A DNA stretch of 60,828 bases, counting the filler, from Jimgerdemannia flammicorona (lineage: Eukaryota), in assembly GCA_003990765.1 (NCBI GenBank). It is 2 parts of 2 records of this genome, joined end to end, with 100 filler letters (N's around TTAATTAATTAA, not from the genome) between each part and the next. Parts side by side here need not be neighbours in the genome. Positions count along the whole stretch, not along the records: positions 30,492 to 60,828 come from RBNJ01000447.1; 1 more part is not named here. One strand, written 5' to 3'. A program made the position numbers and the translations under genes. The stretch's first letter is position 1. The number at the start of each line of letters is the position of its first letter. Under the pieces are notes generated by a model. It was not told where the DNA came from, searched no databases, and saw only the letters and a program-made list of their open reading frames with translations. Of the stretch, positions 37,241 to 50,500 are shown piece by piece.

Positions 37241-39431
37241 CTTATTCTGGAGGAAGATGTGATATATAGTATGTAATAGAAACAGGAAATAGACATTTGA
37301 TCATAGTATCTAAATCTGATTTCCAATTTAATATTGTGTAAAAAATTACCTTTACTGTAGATACTGTATCTAAAACATTATCAGTAAAACTCTGGTTACT
37401 TTTATGAATTTCAGATAGGATTTTACATGAGATTCTATTTGAGAATTTTACATAAAAAGACATAATACTTAGCTGCATATTTAGTAGCAGAATTAGCATA
37501 CTAATCCATATAAATAACCCAGTATTTTAGAGTGAATAAACCTCAATCAGATTGAACCAGTTCAATTCAAAAGTCTTCTTTACATACTCTTCCCCCCTAA
37601 TTCAAAATCCTACCAACTCACTAAGTTCTGCATCTGCTATACTACAATAGATAAAATAATACTAAATATAATAATAATATTTTTGTTTAATTTAATAGAA
37701 ATAGTTAAAAAAGTAAATTATTATTAGATAATATATAAGAGAAACAATTAATAAATAAGCCTAAAGTAATAATATGGATTAAAATTTTATTATATATAAT
37801 AAAATATAGTAGATAGTAAATTTAAAAATTAAAGTAGATTCGTTTAACTTTTCTCTTAATTTTATTAACTAATAAAATTGATAAGTTTAAAATATATTCA
37901 TTATTAGACTTACTAATTTATTTTATCTTTACTTTAATTGTTTGAATTAAATATTTTTTTATTTTAGTAACTAAATTATTAATATTTTTTTATTTTTTTT
38001 TATTTTTTTTTATAGTTACTCAAACTTTATTATTTATTACTAAATTAATCTATATTCATAAATATACAGAGACCCTTCCTTCTATCTAATTCTCCTAAGA
38101 GGTCTACTCTCTATTCTTCATAATTAAAGATTACTATATACAAATTCTCTCTACTAGACATCAATGATGACTATCCTGGAGACCTCAATTCATCTACTAA
38201 TCAGTTATAATATCTCTAGTTTACTAGCTATACAATATCTAAGTTATAATCTTTTATCTTATATATTATCTTATAGCTATAAAATTTTAAATAATTTTAA
38301 GTTTTTTATAATTAGAGAATTTTTTTATATTTAAAAGATCAAATATCTACTAATTATATATAAAACTATATATAATATAAGAATTAAAATTTAATATAAT
38401 GATAAATAACTATTTTTTAATATTTATTTCTAATTTAGATTATATAATTTAACTTACACTTAAATAGATAATTATATTTCTAAAATATTTATTCAAACTT
38501 CTAAAATTCTATATATTATATTGTGTAACATGCCTGGCTCAATGGAGGCAAATTACAAGGTTGGGGTTGATGTAGTTTGGCTTGAGCTTCTAGTTACTTT
38601 GTTAAAAACAAAAAAATGTTCTTGATGTTTAGTAGTATAATAGAAAAAGCTGGATATCTGCAAGTGGTTTTCTTATTTGGAGGGTTCTCTGAGTGTAGCA
38701 GTGATTTGTGTATGATGGGTAATTTGCTGTAGCATGACAGGTTCCTTATGCCATATGATCTGGCAATTAAATCCCCATCTTACTCCTTTGATAACCCATA
38801 CCCTCTCATGGCTACCACCCTTATACTAAATCATATGTGATAACAAATTAGATGAGTATAAGTTTGTATATTTGGGTGAATGTGTGTATGAGGAATGTTT
38901 CTGTCTTGAATGTATTGCATCGGTCAGTTCCAAAGAATCTGACATACAATATGTGTATGAATAGGGAGGTGGATGGAAGTAGAACTGTATGATAGCAAAG
39001 ATAATTGAGCATAAGGGAAAGGAGACAAGATGTTGGGCATATAATGAATTCTGTAATTGTATGATATATATATATGTAATTGCCTAATCGAGTAATATGC
39101 ATCTTTAATATGCTATCCCTTCAGGATCCCTTTATTAAATCCCCATCTTACTCCTTCGATAACCCATACCCTCTCATGGCTACCACTCTTATACTAAATC
39201 ATACATAATAACAAATTAGATAAGTATAAGTTTGTATATTTGGGCGAATGCATATATGAGTAATATTTCTGTCTCGAATGTGTTGCATCAGTCAGTTCCA
39301 AAGAACCCAGCCCAAAAAGATTAGAACTTACCTCATGGTCATTGGGTCTGTCTGGAATATATGCCCATGAGCAAGGGCCCTGCATGGGTGCAGGAATAGA
39401 ATAGAGATAGATTGAAGAGTAAATGCCAGAC

Positions 39432-39742
39432 CATGATCATGGAATCCTGCACTACCACAGTCTTGGGACTCACCTCATAAGTCATGTCCTATGTGGATTG
39501 TTGTGGACTGATTCTGCATCATAGTGGGCTATGCCAAACCATAGTTATGGAATCCTACACTACTACAGTCTAAGGACAAGGTCTGAAATAGATGTGTCCT
39601 ATGCAGATTGTTGTGGACTGATTCTGCATCATGGTGGTGAAGACTCAATCATGGTCATTGAATCCTGTACTACCACAGTCTTGGGGCTAAACACCAATAA
39701 GCACATTCTATGCAGATTGTTGTGGACTGATTCTGTATCATG
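39432..39742. repeat. Three ~110-bp units, each an imperfect hairpin with a variable apical region
   Basis: Blocks catg.tcatggaatcctgcactaccacagtc and tcctatgcagattgttgtggactgattctgcatcatg repeated at 39432, 39540 and 39650. Confidence 0.85.
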
Positions 39743-39759
39743 ATCAGAGAGTATCAGGT

Positions 39760-40732
39760 ATACGTGATGCTAAGGCTGATATAAGGTAAACTATGCAGGA
39801 TTTTGGCATTCAAATATATAGTCAATAGATGTCACTATGCCACCACCCAAGAATTTGAATCTCATAGTCTGAGAACTCTGCTTTGGTGGCATCAGAGACA
39901 GCTCTAATACAAAAACTATAATCGGTAAATGCCAATGCTGGGAGCCTGATGGCAGTGAGGAGGGGCTGTAGGCCAGATAAGAGCCAAGCGCAAGAAAATG
40001 GGGCATCACCAGTACATCAGAAAAGCAGTGAATCAGGTGAGACAGAGAAGGAGAGGAAGAGAGCTTGGAGGAGGAAGATGGCACATGGGGCACTGGTAGG
40101 TGCTCAAGGAATGTAGAGAGTGGTGCCTCTTTGAAATGGATCAGTTTTGGATAAAGGGATAGACAGAGAGATATAGGAGGGTTTGTATATGGAGGGTATG
40201 AATTGTATAGCCAAGCAGGCAAGGTTGGTAGTAGGGTCAAATGATGAAGGGCCCCAGGTGAATTCACCTAACTGGAGGAATCCAAAATATGCAAGCATAA
40301 TGGCTGCTGCAAAATTAAGGTAGTTTTCAATGGAGAGGTCGAAAAAAGAAAGGATCTGTACCAAAATAGAGATAGAGATAGAGAGGCATGGTTGAGAGAG
40401 AGGTTCACCAAGCCAGCGTTTGATGTCCTGGAAGACTCAGGGGAGTTGAATTAAGCCATCCAGAGGGTCAGAAAGACTGATGTCAATATGGAGGGAGTGG
40501 ATGACAGAGAGATATACCTTGATGGGAACAGGGTATAGGCATCAGAGAGCCAGAGCAGATATCCATAGAATCAGACAATGTTCAGAGGCTGGCAGAAGGG
40601 AACCATCTGAGTTATAGAGGTTATTGGCAGCATAGAAGATGATGAAGCTGCATTGGCTGGTGGAATATATCCATCATGTAGAGCCTGCCAGGAAGAGCCA
40701 TAGAAAGAATGCAGGGAGGGGCAGAAAACCAT
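39760..40732 (-). pseudogene. Tyrosine recombinase of the Ngaro element
   Basis: AYFGFLQLGEFT, SKTDPFQRG, decayed YSFCIRA (HSFRIGA) and ILGWWHSDIY*LYI. Confidence 0.88.
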
Positions 40733-42454
40733 AGTAGGGAGAGAGCCCAATATAGTAGGAATCTGATCCATATAAGGGGCAAGGGTGTGGAAGCAGGAGA
40801 AATCAAGATGGGACAATGCATCAGTGATGGCATTGAGGTGAGAGGGGATGTATGATACATGTAACTGAAATGAATATGATGCACTTAGAAACAACAGTTG
40901 GCATAGTAGCTTGAGGAGTTTCGGGTTATGAGAGGTGCCTGAGTTGATACATGACATTGCTGCTTGGTTGTCTATATACATATGAATATATTGAAAGTGC
41001 CAGCATGGACTCCAAGTAGTGGTGGCAACTACAATGGTATATAATTCCTTAAATTGAATATCCTCAGAACAGAGTTCTGCTGGCCAAGGGATAGCAAACT
41101 AAGCTCCATCAAAAAAGGCAGTGAAGCCCAAAGTGCTGCTGGCATCTGTCCAGAACCAGTCATCAGTCACTTCTTCCCAAGGCGCGATTATTGCAACCCC
41201 ATTCCATAATGTAAGGAATTGTGACCACTATTGGAGATTAGCAAAAAAGTCTGCTGATAAGTTAATGTAGTGGTCTGGGTGAGTGATGGAGGTTGAAATG
41301 CCAATGAAGCAGTAGAGAAAGGGTCGACCTTGCAGAATAATATGGCTTATGAAGGAGAGGGAACCAATGAGTGAGAGTATTTCCCATTTTATAGCAGTTG
41401 CTTGGTTAGAATGACTGCAGAAGCTGGAGATCATAGTGAGGATGGCTTGGATTTTTCCCTCCGGGAGATGTGCTTCCATATCATTGGTATCGATATCAAT
41501 ACCCAAAAAGGGGATACAGGTCAAGGTGCCTTCAACCTTCTCATCCTGTACTGAAAAACTGATGGTATAGCAGATTGATAGGAGGAGCTGCAGCAGAGCT
41601 GATGTCTGAGAAGAGTGGCAGGCACCCAGTGTATCATTGACATATCGGACAATGTCTTCCAGACCATGGCACTTGAACAGCCATTCCAGCATCTCCCCAA
41701 ACATGTTGTAGAGAAATGGTGATAAGCATAGGCTAAATGGGAGAAACTGATCAAAGTAGAAAGACTACACCAATGAGAGCCAAGAAGTTCCCAGTCTTCT
41801 GGATGTACCAAGATATGTTGAAAAGCATTGGCCAGATCTACCTTGAAGAGTAAGGTCCCTCTACTGAGTTGTCATACGATGTTGAGTGCCTGGTCAAAGG
41901 CTGTATACTTGAGAGTAAAATCATCAGGTGAAATGCCATCATTAACTGACATGCCATAGGGCCATGATAAGTGGTGAATACAGTGCCATTTGACAGAACC
42001 TTTCTTTGCCACCATGCCCAGTGAGGAAGCCCAAAAGTTTTGGAAAGGAGGGTGGGAGAAGGGGCCTGTGATGTGGCCTGTGGCAATTTCAATTGTATCC
42101 AAAAATTGCCTGAGGAAAGGCATGCGTGGAAGGTAAGTTGCAATATGTTTGAGCATGGTATATGTCCACAAAGCTGATGTGAACACCTTGACGTAATGTG
42201 AGTAAGATCATAGATAATAAGTGGTGGTCAGGGAAGTCCCGGAATGCCAATGCCCATATGTCAGCTCAAAGAGAGGTTTTTGGAAGAGAGAAGATGTCCA
42301 GGATATGTTTGGCCGAAATCAGAGGGGTGGTGAGAGGGAAGGAGAAGGAGGTATTAGGTGGTTGAGGGGGAAGTAATGTTAAAGGAGTAGAAGGAGAGGG
42401 TCTTGTTGATGGGGCAGAAGGGGGAACTACAATGAGGTCCACTAATTCACCCAC
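40700..42454 (-). pseudogene. RT/RNase H of the Ngaro element
   Basis: IHHLSWPYGMSVNDGI, KVDLANAFQHI, RYVND, FLGIDID, TDASSTLGF, KELYTI, IDNQA, NAITDALS. Confidence 0.9.
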
Positions 42455-42460
42455 AGGATC

Positions 42461-44001
42461 CTATAATGTGCATTCAAATGCACTATGTGGTCTTGTACAA
42501 TGAGAGCACAGATGTCAGTAAGGGTAGTTTTGGCAGATACAGCCAGTTAAGGAGGGGTTGATGATACCATTCTGATCAATGTGGTTAAATACATGGCATA
42601 CATTTGATGACTGATAAGGCTGGTTGTGCTGAGATGGTCATGATGGAGGAGAGATTCTCGGTGAATAAGCAACAGATGAGGCAGACTCAGTGGGATGGCG
42701 CAGAGATCGATGGAGTAGGTGCAAAGACATAAGTTCACCATCCCGAGTAGCCCATGCCAAACATGATGTGTGAGAGAGGGGGGTAGCTATCCATCATACA
42801 TAAAACTTGATGTGATAATTGAGTATTGCCTCCTATTGATAATCGCTGTTTAGGTGGATGAGGTCAGAGATGTAGCGAAAGAATGCTGTTGGGTCAGTAA
42901 GGCCTGGGAATGCATTGTAGAGTATGCTGAAATATAGTAACAAAGGGCCAAGTAGCGCAAGAAGATGGGGGAAATCCTTGAACATGGCAACTTCCCGTGG
43001 CTATAAGACATACGTGAGGATGGTAGGGTCGACCTCCTCAATAAAATGAGGATCAGGAGGAGCAAGGGTCAAAGGGGAGCAGATAACTAGTTTTCCCAGA
43101 TCTTGCAGTCGAAAAGTGTTATGGAGAATGGCAGAGACCATAGTGGGGTTTGCACTCAAGTACTTGGCGAGATTGGGGCTATCATATGCAGAGGGAAAAA
43201 AGGATGCACCTGGGACTGTACCTATGGGCATTGGGGTGGCCATAGTAGTGGGTAGTGTAGTTGTAGTGGTAGGAGGTCTCATGGAGCTTACTATATAAGG
43301 AAAGTAGTTGGATGCCAGAAATAGAGGTGGGATGCCAGAGTAGGTGGTAAGTGGAATGTCAGTAAGTGGGTGCTGGAAACCAGAAGGATCTAGTGATACC
43401 AGAAGTGGAAAGGCGGCAAGTGGTAATAATGGCCAAAAGACTGGATGGGCCATTATAGGTAAAGACTGCTGAGTGGGAAGCTCCGGTGACTGAGATATAA
43501 AAATATCTAAGACAGGAATGCCTGAAACTCGCAATGTGGGTATGCCTATATCCAAAACTGAAATTGGCACCAGATGCGACACAGACACTGCTGGCACAGT
43601 GCCCAGAGGTTCAGGGTCGGTGAGATAATCAGGATCAGATGCCAGGTCAATGATAGTAGTCGGAAGAGGTGGAGCTTGGGCTTTTTCGAGACAGTGGCAT
43701 AGAGTGATGATTAGTTGGTCTTGCTCGGTGATGTAGGTGTCCCAGTCGAAATCCGCCTATGGTAGTCTGGTAGATGTGCTTGCAGTGAGTTCAGGTGAAT
43801 GTCATAGCATATTGCAACAATTGCGAAGTTGGAGAAGAGTTGTTAAAACATCATTATCCCCTTCAGTACATGCTGTGATGGTGGCCATGATAGCCTCCAT
43901 GTTATGAGATAAGGGGCACATATTTGAGCCAGTAAAATGTCATCTAGGGAAGTCATCATCTGCGGTATAGCAGACCTGACAAAAGTTGTAGGGCGTGTCA
44001 T
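42461..44001 (-). pseudogene. gag-like ORF of the Ngaro element
   Basis: Pro/Thr-rich frame with Cys/His clusters at both ends (CQVC...H...C; CSHCTRPHSAFEC). Confidence 0.65.
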
Positions 44002-44276
44002 GGTCGGTGCAATTTGTATAGTTTTTTTTTTTTTTTTTTTATATATTGGTATTTGTATGTTACTATTGTAATTATTGATGGTTGTAATGATGACTATGCT
44101 TTAATGATGAATGTGTGAGTAGAACTGTATAATAGCAAAGATAATTGAGTATAAAGGAAAGGGGACAAGATGTTGGGCATATAATGAATTCTGTAATTGT
44201 ATAATATATATATATGTAATGGTCTAATCGAGTAGTATGTGTCTTTAACATGCTATCCCTTCAGGATCCCTTCATT

Positions 44277-45246
44277 TAGCAGTTTTTCTTTTTGGGTGAT
44301 GGTGATCTCTAAAAGTATGTGATTTCTGCATGATGATCTCTTTGTCTAGCATGACGATCTTTGTATAGTGTGATGATCTTTATATAGTATGGCAGGTTTC
44401 TTATGCATGACATTCTGGCAATTTGGCGGATAACTCAATTTGGTGTGGATTCTTCTAAATTGGCTCACTGGGAATTGTACTGGTAGCAGATGCTTCTAGA
44501 AATAGCAGATGGCATGGATTCTTCTGAATCAGGCTTACTGGGAATAGTGAATAACTTGGACAATGCAGATAATTTGAATAACTTAGATAACTTAGATGTC
44601 ACAGATTCTTCCTGAATTGGCAGGGTTCTGGGAAAATACTCAGGAGGCACAGATTCTCTGAATCAGGCTCACTGGGAACAAACTAATAACTCGAATAGTG
44701 CAGATAGCTCAGATAACTCGGATGACGTAGATAACTTGGATGCGGATTCTTGGCAAGTTATGTCAAGACTGGCTTTGTTTACATGGGGTTATATTATAGA
44801 CTAGCTCCACTGTAAAGTTGTATCAAGAGACTGGCTTATTGCAAGATTCCTTAAGGGTCCTCTGGGAATAAAGGTAACTCAGACTCTTTAGGCTTATCTG
44901 GCAAGTGAACCAAAATGTAGTGGCTTATTTCTTAAGTGGCAGATTACTCAAAAGGTGGTGAAGTTCTTTCTTGAACTTTTGCAGCAAATCTTCAGGCTTA
45001 TCTGGCAAGTTAACCAAGGCTTTGTATTGGAAAGTAGACCAGAGTGAGAAAAGGTAAAGTTTACAATCTCTTAGCAGTAGCTGTAGAGTTCCTCTTGAAG
45101 TATGGTAGGCAGACTTGTCTTTTGCTTTGAATCTTGGAATGAGGTTTATTTACTCTTGTCTCTGGGGTATTTTATACATTGTGGTTGCTATCTGGTTGCT
45201 ATATGGCTAACTATAGATTTGCTACTTATGGTAAGTGTGCTGGTTC
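44277..45246 (-). repeat. Unclassified LTR-like sequence hosting the Ngaro element (continues at ~38524-38765)
   Basis: TATA-like motif at ~45168-45177 and AATAAA at ~45145-45150 on the minus strand. Flanks rejoin as ctggcaatttagc, similar to the internal repeat at 44415. Confidence 0.4.
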
Positions 45247-45360
45247 AGCACAGGTGTACAGGTCTAGCATAGGTGTACAGGTCTAGCACAGGTGTACAGG
45301 TCTAGCACAGGTGTGCAGGTCTAGCATAGGTGTGCAGATCTAGCACAGGTGTGCAGATCC
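45247..45360. repeat. Minisatellite, 19 bp x 6 (agcacaggtgtacaggtct)
   Basis: Read directly from the sequence. Confidence 0.95.
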
Positions 45361-45517
45361 TATACAGATATATCTTATCTAGTAGTCTGGATATTTATAC
45401 AGTTTTCCACAGTAATAGTTGCTGTCAGGCTCATCATACTTTCTCCAGTACCATTCAGGTTACACAACCTTGGAAAGGCACTTACAATATCGTTTTTGGA
45501 GAAAAGAGACTAGCAAC

Positions 45518-47541
45518 ATGGCGACTGACAGGCAATCTGAGGTACATACTGGGCAGGGCGGCCCAAGTGCTTTTGAATGACAGCAGGTAGGGAGGGGCCC
45601 AGGCCTGGGGGGGAGTATGAGGGGGCTGCTGGCAGGAGGATACAGAAGAGGTGGAGGTATTGGTAGCAGACAAGGGTCTGGGAGAGCGAGCTTTGCAGAG
45701 ATAGTGAAGGGGAGGCAACAGGAGTCAAGGCTGGAGGGCTGGCTGAGGAGGGGCAAGGAAACTGAGAAGGTGGCAGCATATGGAGGAGTAGCCCTTGGAA
45801 AGGGGGACAGTGGAGCTGGGAGAGTAGTGGCTGGGGGGAGTGTGACCACTGATGGTGATGGGACTGCTAATCTGGAAAAAAATCCAGATGTGATGGCTGT
45901 TGGCGAGGCTGAGCGACTGGGGCTTGGAAGACAAGAGAATTTGGCAGATGGTGTGATAGGCCTAGCAGTGGCCCCATTACTCAAAAAATCAATCTCGGCA
46001 TTCGCAGTTACACTGTGCTTCTGGGGCTTAGCGGTGATGGCAAAAATGGTACTGGGGCTTATTGCTAAGCAGGTGGCAGGAGCTGTGTCAGTGAAGTTTT
46101 TGAAGGGCCTGGAGAGTGTGAAGGTGGGTTTTGAGGAGGTTGAGCTACTGGAGGAGGCATTGAAAGTTGGCTTGGTGGTTGGGAAGGTGTGTGTTCCAAT
46201 GGTGAGATGTCTGAAATGGGATCTGTGGATGGTCCAACTGCTGGTGAAAGGAGTGCCATGGTGACAGCAATGGAGATGAGAAAGAGAGTTGAGGATATCA
46301 TAGCAGAGTATAGAGAGGTGGTAGATATTGGATTCAGGGTCTGGAAAGGGACCTCGCTCAGAACTGGGGATGTGGATATAAGGATTCAGCTGACTGGGAA
46401 AGAAGCTACTGGGAAGGCAGGGGATTGGCCTGCAGTGATGGTCTGGAGAGCAATCTTGTGTAAGGTTATGAGGGTGAAAGGAAGTGAAGAGGAGGAAGAG
46501 GATTTATTGGAAGCACTGGAAGAATTGGATGGTGCTGTGGAGTGGCGAGCAAAGGCTTGGAAGGCTTTCGTGGAGTTAGCGCACCTGGAGGTAGTGGATG
46601 GAAAGAGGATTCGAGTGGACAAGATGCAGTGGGAAAGGGCTCAGGGGCATAAGAGATAGAAGAATCTGCTGGCGAAACTGGGGAGCAGACCACAGGAGGT
46701 TGTGAGCAAGATGGCAAGTGTGGAAGGGGCCAAAGCAAGTGTCTGGGCTGGTGAGAGGAGTGGGAATGCCGGGGAGGAGACAGGGAAGGTGAAGGAGGTG
46801 AAGATTATTGACCCATATGCTGATGGCACCCTGGAGGTTTGGGATGAGGTCTGGGAGGGTTCTTCCACTCCTTCCCCTCTTATCAGGTGAGGCCCAGCTT
46901 CCAGAACCAAGATGGTGGAGGACATGACAATGCTGGGGACCCATTGTATGAAATTCAGCATTCCAGAGGTGATGAACGGGGGACATGTGGTGGCAGCTGG
47001 GGAGGAGGAACTGGTGGATGTCCTGGAGGTACAGGATGAGGCTGCAAGTGCTGGAGCTGACACCACAATGCTGGAGGGAGGGAGGCCGGCGACCCCTGGA
47101 GGGGAGGAGGTGGGGAACCTACTTTGGATGTGCAGGATGATGAATAACCTGGCGGCAGAGGAGTTGGGGGAGGTGGACTTGCGAGTGATGAGTGATAAGT
47201 ATTGGATGTAGATCTTGCCGGGAGATGAAGTGATGATGGTGCTGAAGGCAGAAATTCTTGCAGTGTATCTGGAGGAGGAAGGGTATGAGGTGGACAAGGA
47301 GCAGGAGGTGGAGATGGCAGTTGTCACTGGGGAGAGGGCTGAGTATTGTTGGACCAAGCATCATGGATTGCAGCTTTGGCAGGAGGCTTACATTGAGTAC
47401 TGAGAGGAGTTTGAGGAGAAGGCAGATGGGGAGATAAATGAGCTGTTGGCTGGATTGGAGGCTCAGAGGGCTGAAGAGGAGGAGGTGATGGCAGAACACA
47501 ATCTTGACATGACACAGGAGGAGATGAGCATGGAGCAGTAG
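45518..47541 (+). pseudogene. LINE ORF1
   Basis: ATG at 45518, Gly/Glu-rich fragments, stop just before ORF2. Confidence 0.7.
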
Positions 47542-47571
47542 AGATTGACTAATAACAAATCGTATTTCATT

Positions 47572-50500
47572 ATGAACAGTACAACCAACATTTTTTCTTT
47601 GAATGTGAATGGGCTACAGGGCACTGTTAGATGTAGGAACATTTTTATTTGGCTGAAGGGATTGGAGGCCAATCTCTTCCTTTTGCAGAATGTCAGGTGT
47701 GAGGATGACTCTGATAGGATGGAATGGACAAAGAAATGGGGTGGCATGGCAATTTGGAATGGCAAGGTTGGGATTCTGGTGTGGAAAGGCAGAGAGGAGA
47801 TAAGAGATGTGAGGAGCTGGGGGGAGAGGCTGGTCTGAGGTGAATGGATTCATGCCAGCTGGGAGCCAGTTACAGTTGGCTCCTGTTACTGCCCTGCTGT
47901 AAGGGGGGAGCATGTAGATTGGGTGAAGGGTCTCAAGGAGAGTGGGATCCTGGCAGAGGCTGGAGTGGATATGCTTGGGGGAGATTTCAATATGATTCAG
48001 AATATACAGATGGATAGAACTGATGGAGGACAGGGTGCTGAGAGCAGGAGTGGGGGGCTGGCAATGTGGGAGGAAGTCGAAAGATTGAGAGTGCTGGTAG
48101 ATGCTGGTAGGGAGCACTGGGAGGATAGGAGGGTATATACACATTGGGCTGGAGGCCTAGGGACAAGGATCGACTGGATTCTGACAGCCGACTGTTGGGG
48201 CCAAGATGTTTGGAAGTCGCTGGAGGTGGAATGGTGTCTATGGTTGGATCACTGGGGACTTTTGGGACAGGGGCACTTTGGGGGAAGTGGGGATGGGCCT
48301 GGACATTGGCACCTAAATTCCTCCTTGTTAGATGATGAGTCCTGGTGGGAGGAGTGGGCTAAAGACATTCAGCTGAGGGTGGAGACCTGGTGGCAGGAAG
48401 GTGCCTCGATTGGGGTTCAGTGGATGAGGATGAAAGAGATGGCCAGGATGTACTGGAGCAAGGCTGGCAAGGAGGCAGGGAAGCAGCGAAGGCAGAGAGT
48501 GCATTGGGCTTCTACTAGATTGGCTAGGCTTCTGGAGGAGTGGGCGAGACTGGCAATGGTGGAGGGAGAAGAAGATGGGAGAGTATTGAGGGCGAAGATG
48601 GAGGTTGGGGAACTACAACAGGTGCTGTGTGAAGAGGAAGAGACAAGGGTGCAAAGCTTGATAGCATGGCTTCGTTGGCAGGGGCTGAAGGAATGGGAGA
48701 GGCCTTCCAAGTTTCTCATGAGGATCCTTAGGGCGAGAAGAGTACAGCAACAGTGGGAGGCAGTACTTGACTCGGATGGTGCACTAGTGCATGGCATACA
48801 GAATATTCTTGGATCACTGAAGGAGCAGTGGAGTAGACTATAGAGTGAGGAGGAGGGTGGGGCAGATGCTACTGCCATTGACCAAACATTGGAGGATTGG
48901 CACCCACCACAAGTTGAGAGACTAGGTGACCTGGTGATACTGGTAAAGGAGGAAGAGATCCACCAGGTTCTTGCTGCGACAGCCTCAGGGACAGCACCTG
49001 GGGAGGATGGCCTACCCTGGGAAGCATATGGTTAGAGTCCCAGGGGTGATGGGAGAGTTGATGGCATTGTGTGACTCTATATTGCCAACAGGGAGATGGG
49101 TGGGGGAGCAGGATCTTGGGCTGGTGACGCTGCTTTATAAGAACAAAAGAAGGTGAGAGGATTGGAAGAACTGGTGGCCAATAATGTTGCTGGATATGGA
49201 CAGAAAGTTGGTGACTAAGGTGGTGGTTGTGAGGCTATAGAAGGTAGTCCAGCAAGTTGTAGGTGTTGAGCAGAGTGGATTTGTGGGCGGTCGGCTCATT
49301 AGAGATGGCACAGCCTGGGTATATAGAGTTATTGAAGGGGCTAGAGCCTGTGGATTGGATGGGTGACTAGTCTTCTTAGACCAGGAGAAGACTTATGACT
49401 GGGTGCAATGAGTCTGGCTGGAGAAAGTACTGGATAGAATGGGGGTTCCAACCCAATTTCAGTCAGCAATGATCAGCTTACTGGTAAGGAGTAGGGCTGC
49501 ACTCATGTGTAATGGGCATAGAGGGGTAGCATTCCCTCTGGGTAGGGGGGTGCCCCAGGGAGACCCACTGTCCCCCATCTTGTATGCTCTTTCCCTGGAA
49601 CCCCTGATGGACAGACTTAGACAGAGAATAGGGGGGCTCTCTATCTATGGCATTGGGTGGAAAGTTCTGGCCTTTGTGGATGACATGGTGGTTGGTTTGG
49701 GATCAATTGCTGATGTCGAGGAGCTCAAGAAGGCAGTGGAGTGGTATGAGGAGAACTCTGGGGCAAAGCTGAATTGGCACAAGTGTGAAACAATGGTGCT
49801 GGGCAATGGCCTGGTGGGAGGAGAAGTTATAGGAACTATTGTCCCCACCAGTGAGGCGGTGCAATACTTGGGCATCTATTTGTCAGTCTATGGATTGGTT
49901 TTGCCCAGGCTTTGGTAGGAGCAGCGAATTGGAATTTGGGAGGAGGACCTGTGGGGCTGGGGGGGATGACATTTTTCTCTGGCAGGCCGGGTCTCGATTT
50001 TGAATGTATATTGGCTGCTGAAACTGTGGTATTTGGCTTATCATCTGGACTTCCCAGTCTGGGTGGTGAAGCAATTGGTGAAGGTGGCCAAGGGATGGAT
50101 TTGGGCTGGCAGACAGGGCCAGATTGGTTGGGAGACCTTGTCCCTACTGGTGACAAGAGGGGGTCTTGGGCTGGTGGACTTTCCCAAATGACTATACTGC
50201 TTGAGGGCATGGTGGCTTAAGAGGGTGGTGGAGTTGTGAGGAGGGGATTGGGTGCCCCTGCTGCAGAAGATCTGGGAGAGGCAGTCATCACTGAGAGGCT
50301 CAACTGGTGATCTTCTTGCTTTGGTTGGACTTCAGAACACTGCACAATTGCAATATAAAGGTTTCTGGTCAGGGATAGTGGAGGGGGCACACTGCATTAG
50401 TATTCACTAGCAGGGGAATGAGGGGGAAGAGGCTTGGGACCTGGCAATGTGGAGATGGGATGGTATACTGCTGGGCAGAGTGCCTTTACTTGAGTTCGAC

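Larger units (their letters stand above)
31221..37646 (+). mobile_element. Gypsy-4: internally rearranged LTR element (LTRs 31221-31686 and 37258-37646; gag, PR, dUTPase, RT start to ~35683)
   Basis: ~310-bp direct repeat with TATA and AATAAA; PBS-like tagtatc after 31686; PPT ggaggaaga before 37258; ATAG on both flanks; protease IINTG at ~34380. Confidence 0.72.
38766..44276 (-). mobile_element. Ngaro-type tyrosine-recombinase (DIRS order) retrotransposon with split direct repeats
   Basis: A1 44118-44276 = A2 38978-39136; B1 39134-39305 = B2 38766-38937; order A1...B1-A2-B2 with ATT at the junctions; gag, RT/RH and YR remnants. Confidence 0.92.

Noticed and set aside
39432..39742. CRISPR-like repeat/spacer array
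   Set aside because: Two alternating blocks, short self-pairing variable parts, eukaryotic retroelement context and no cas genes.
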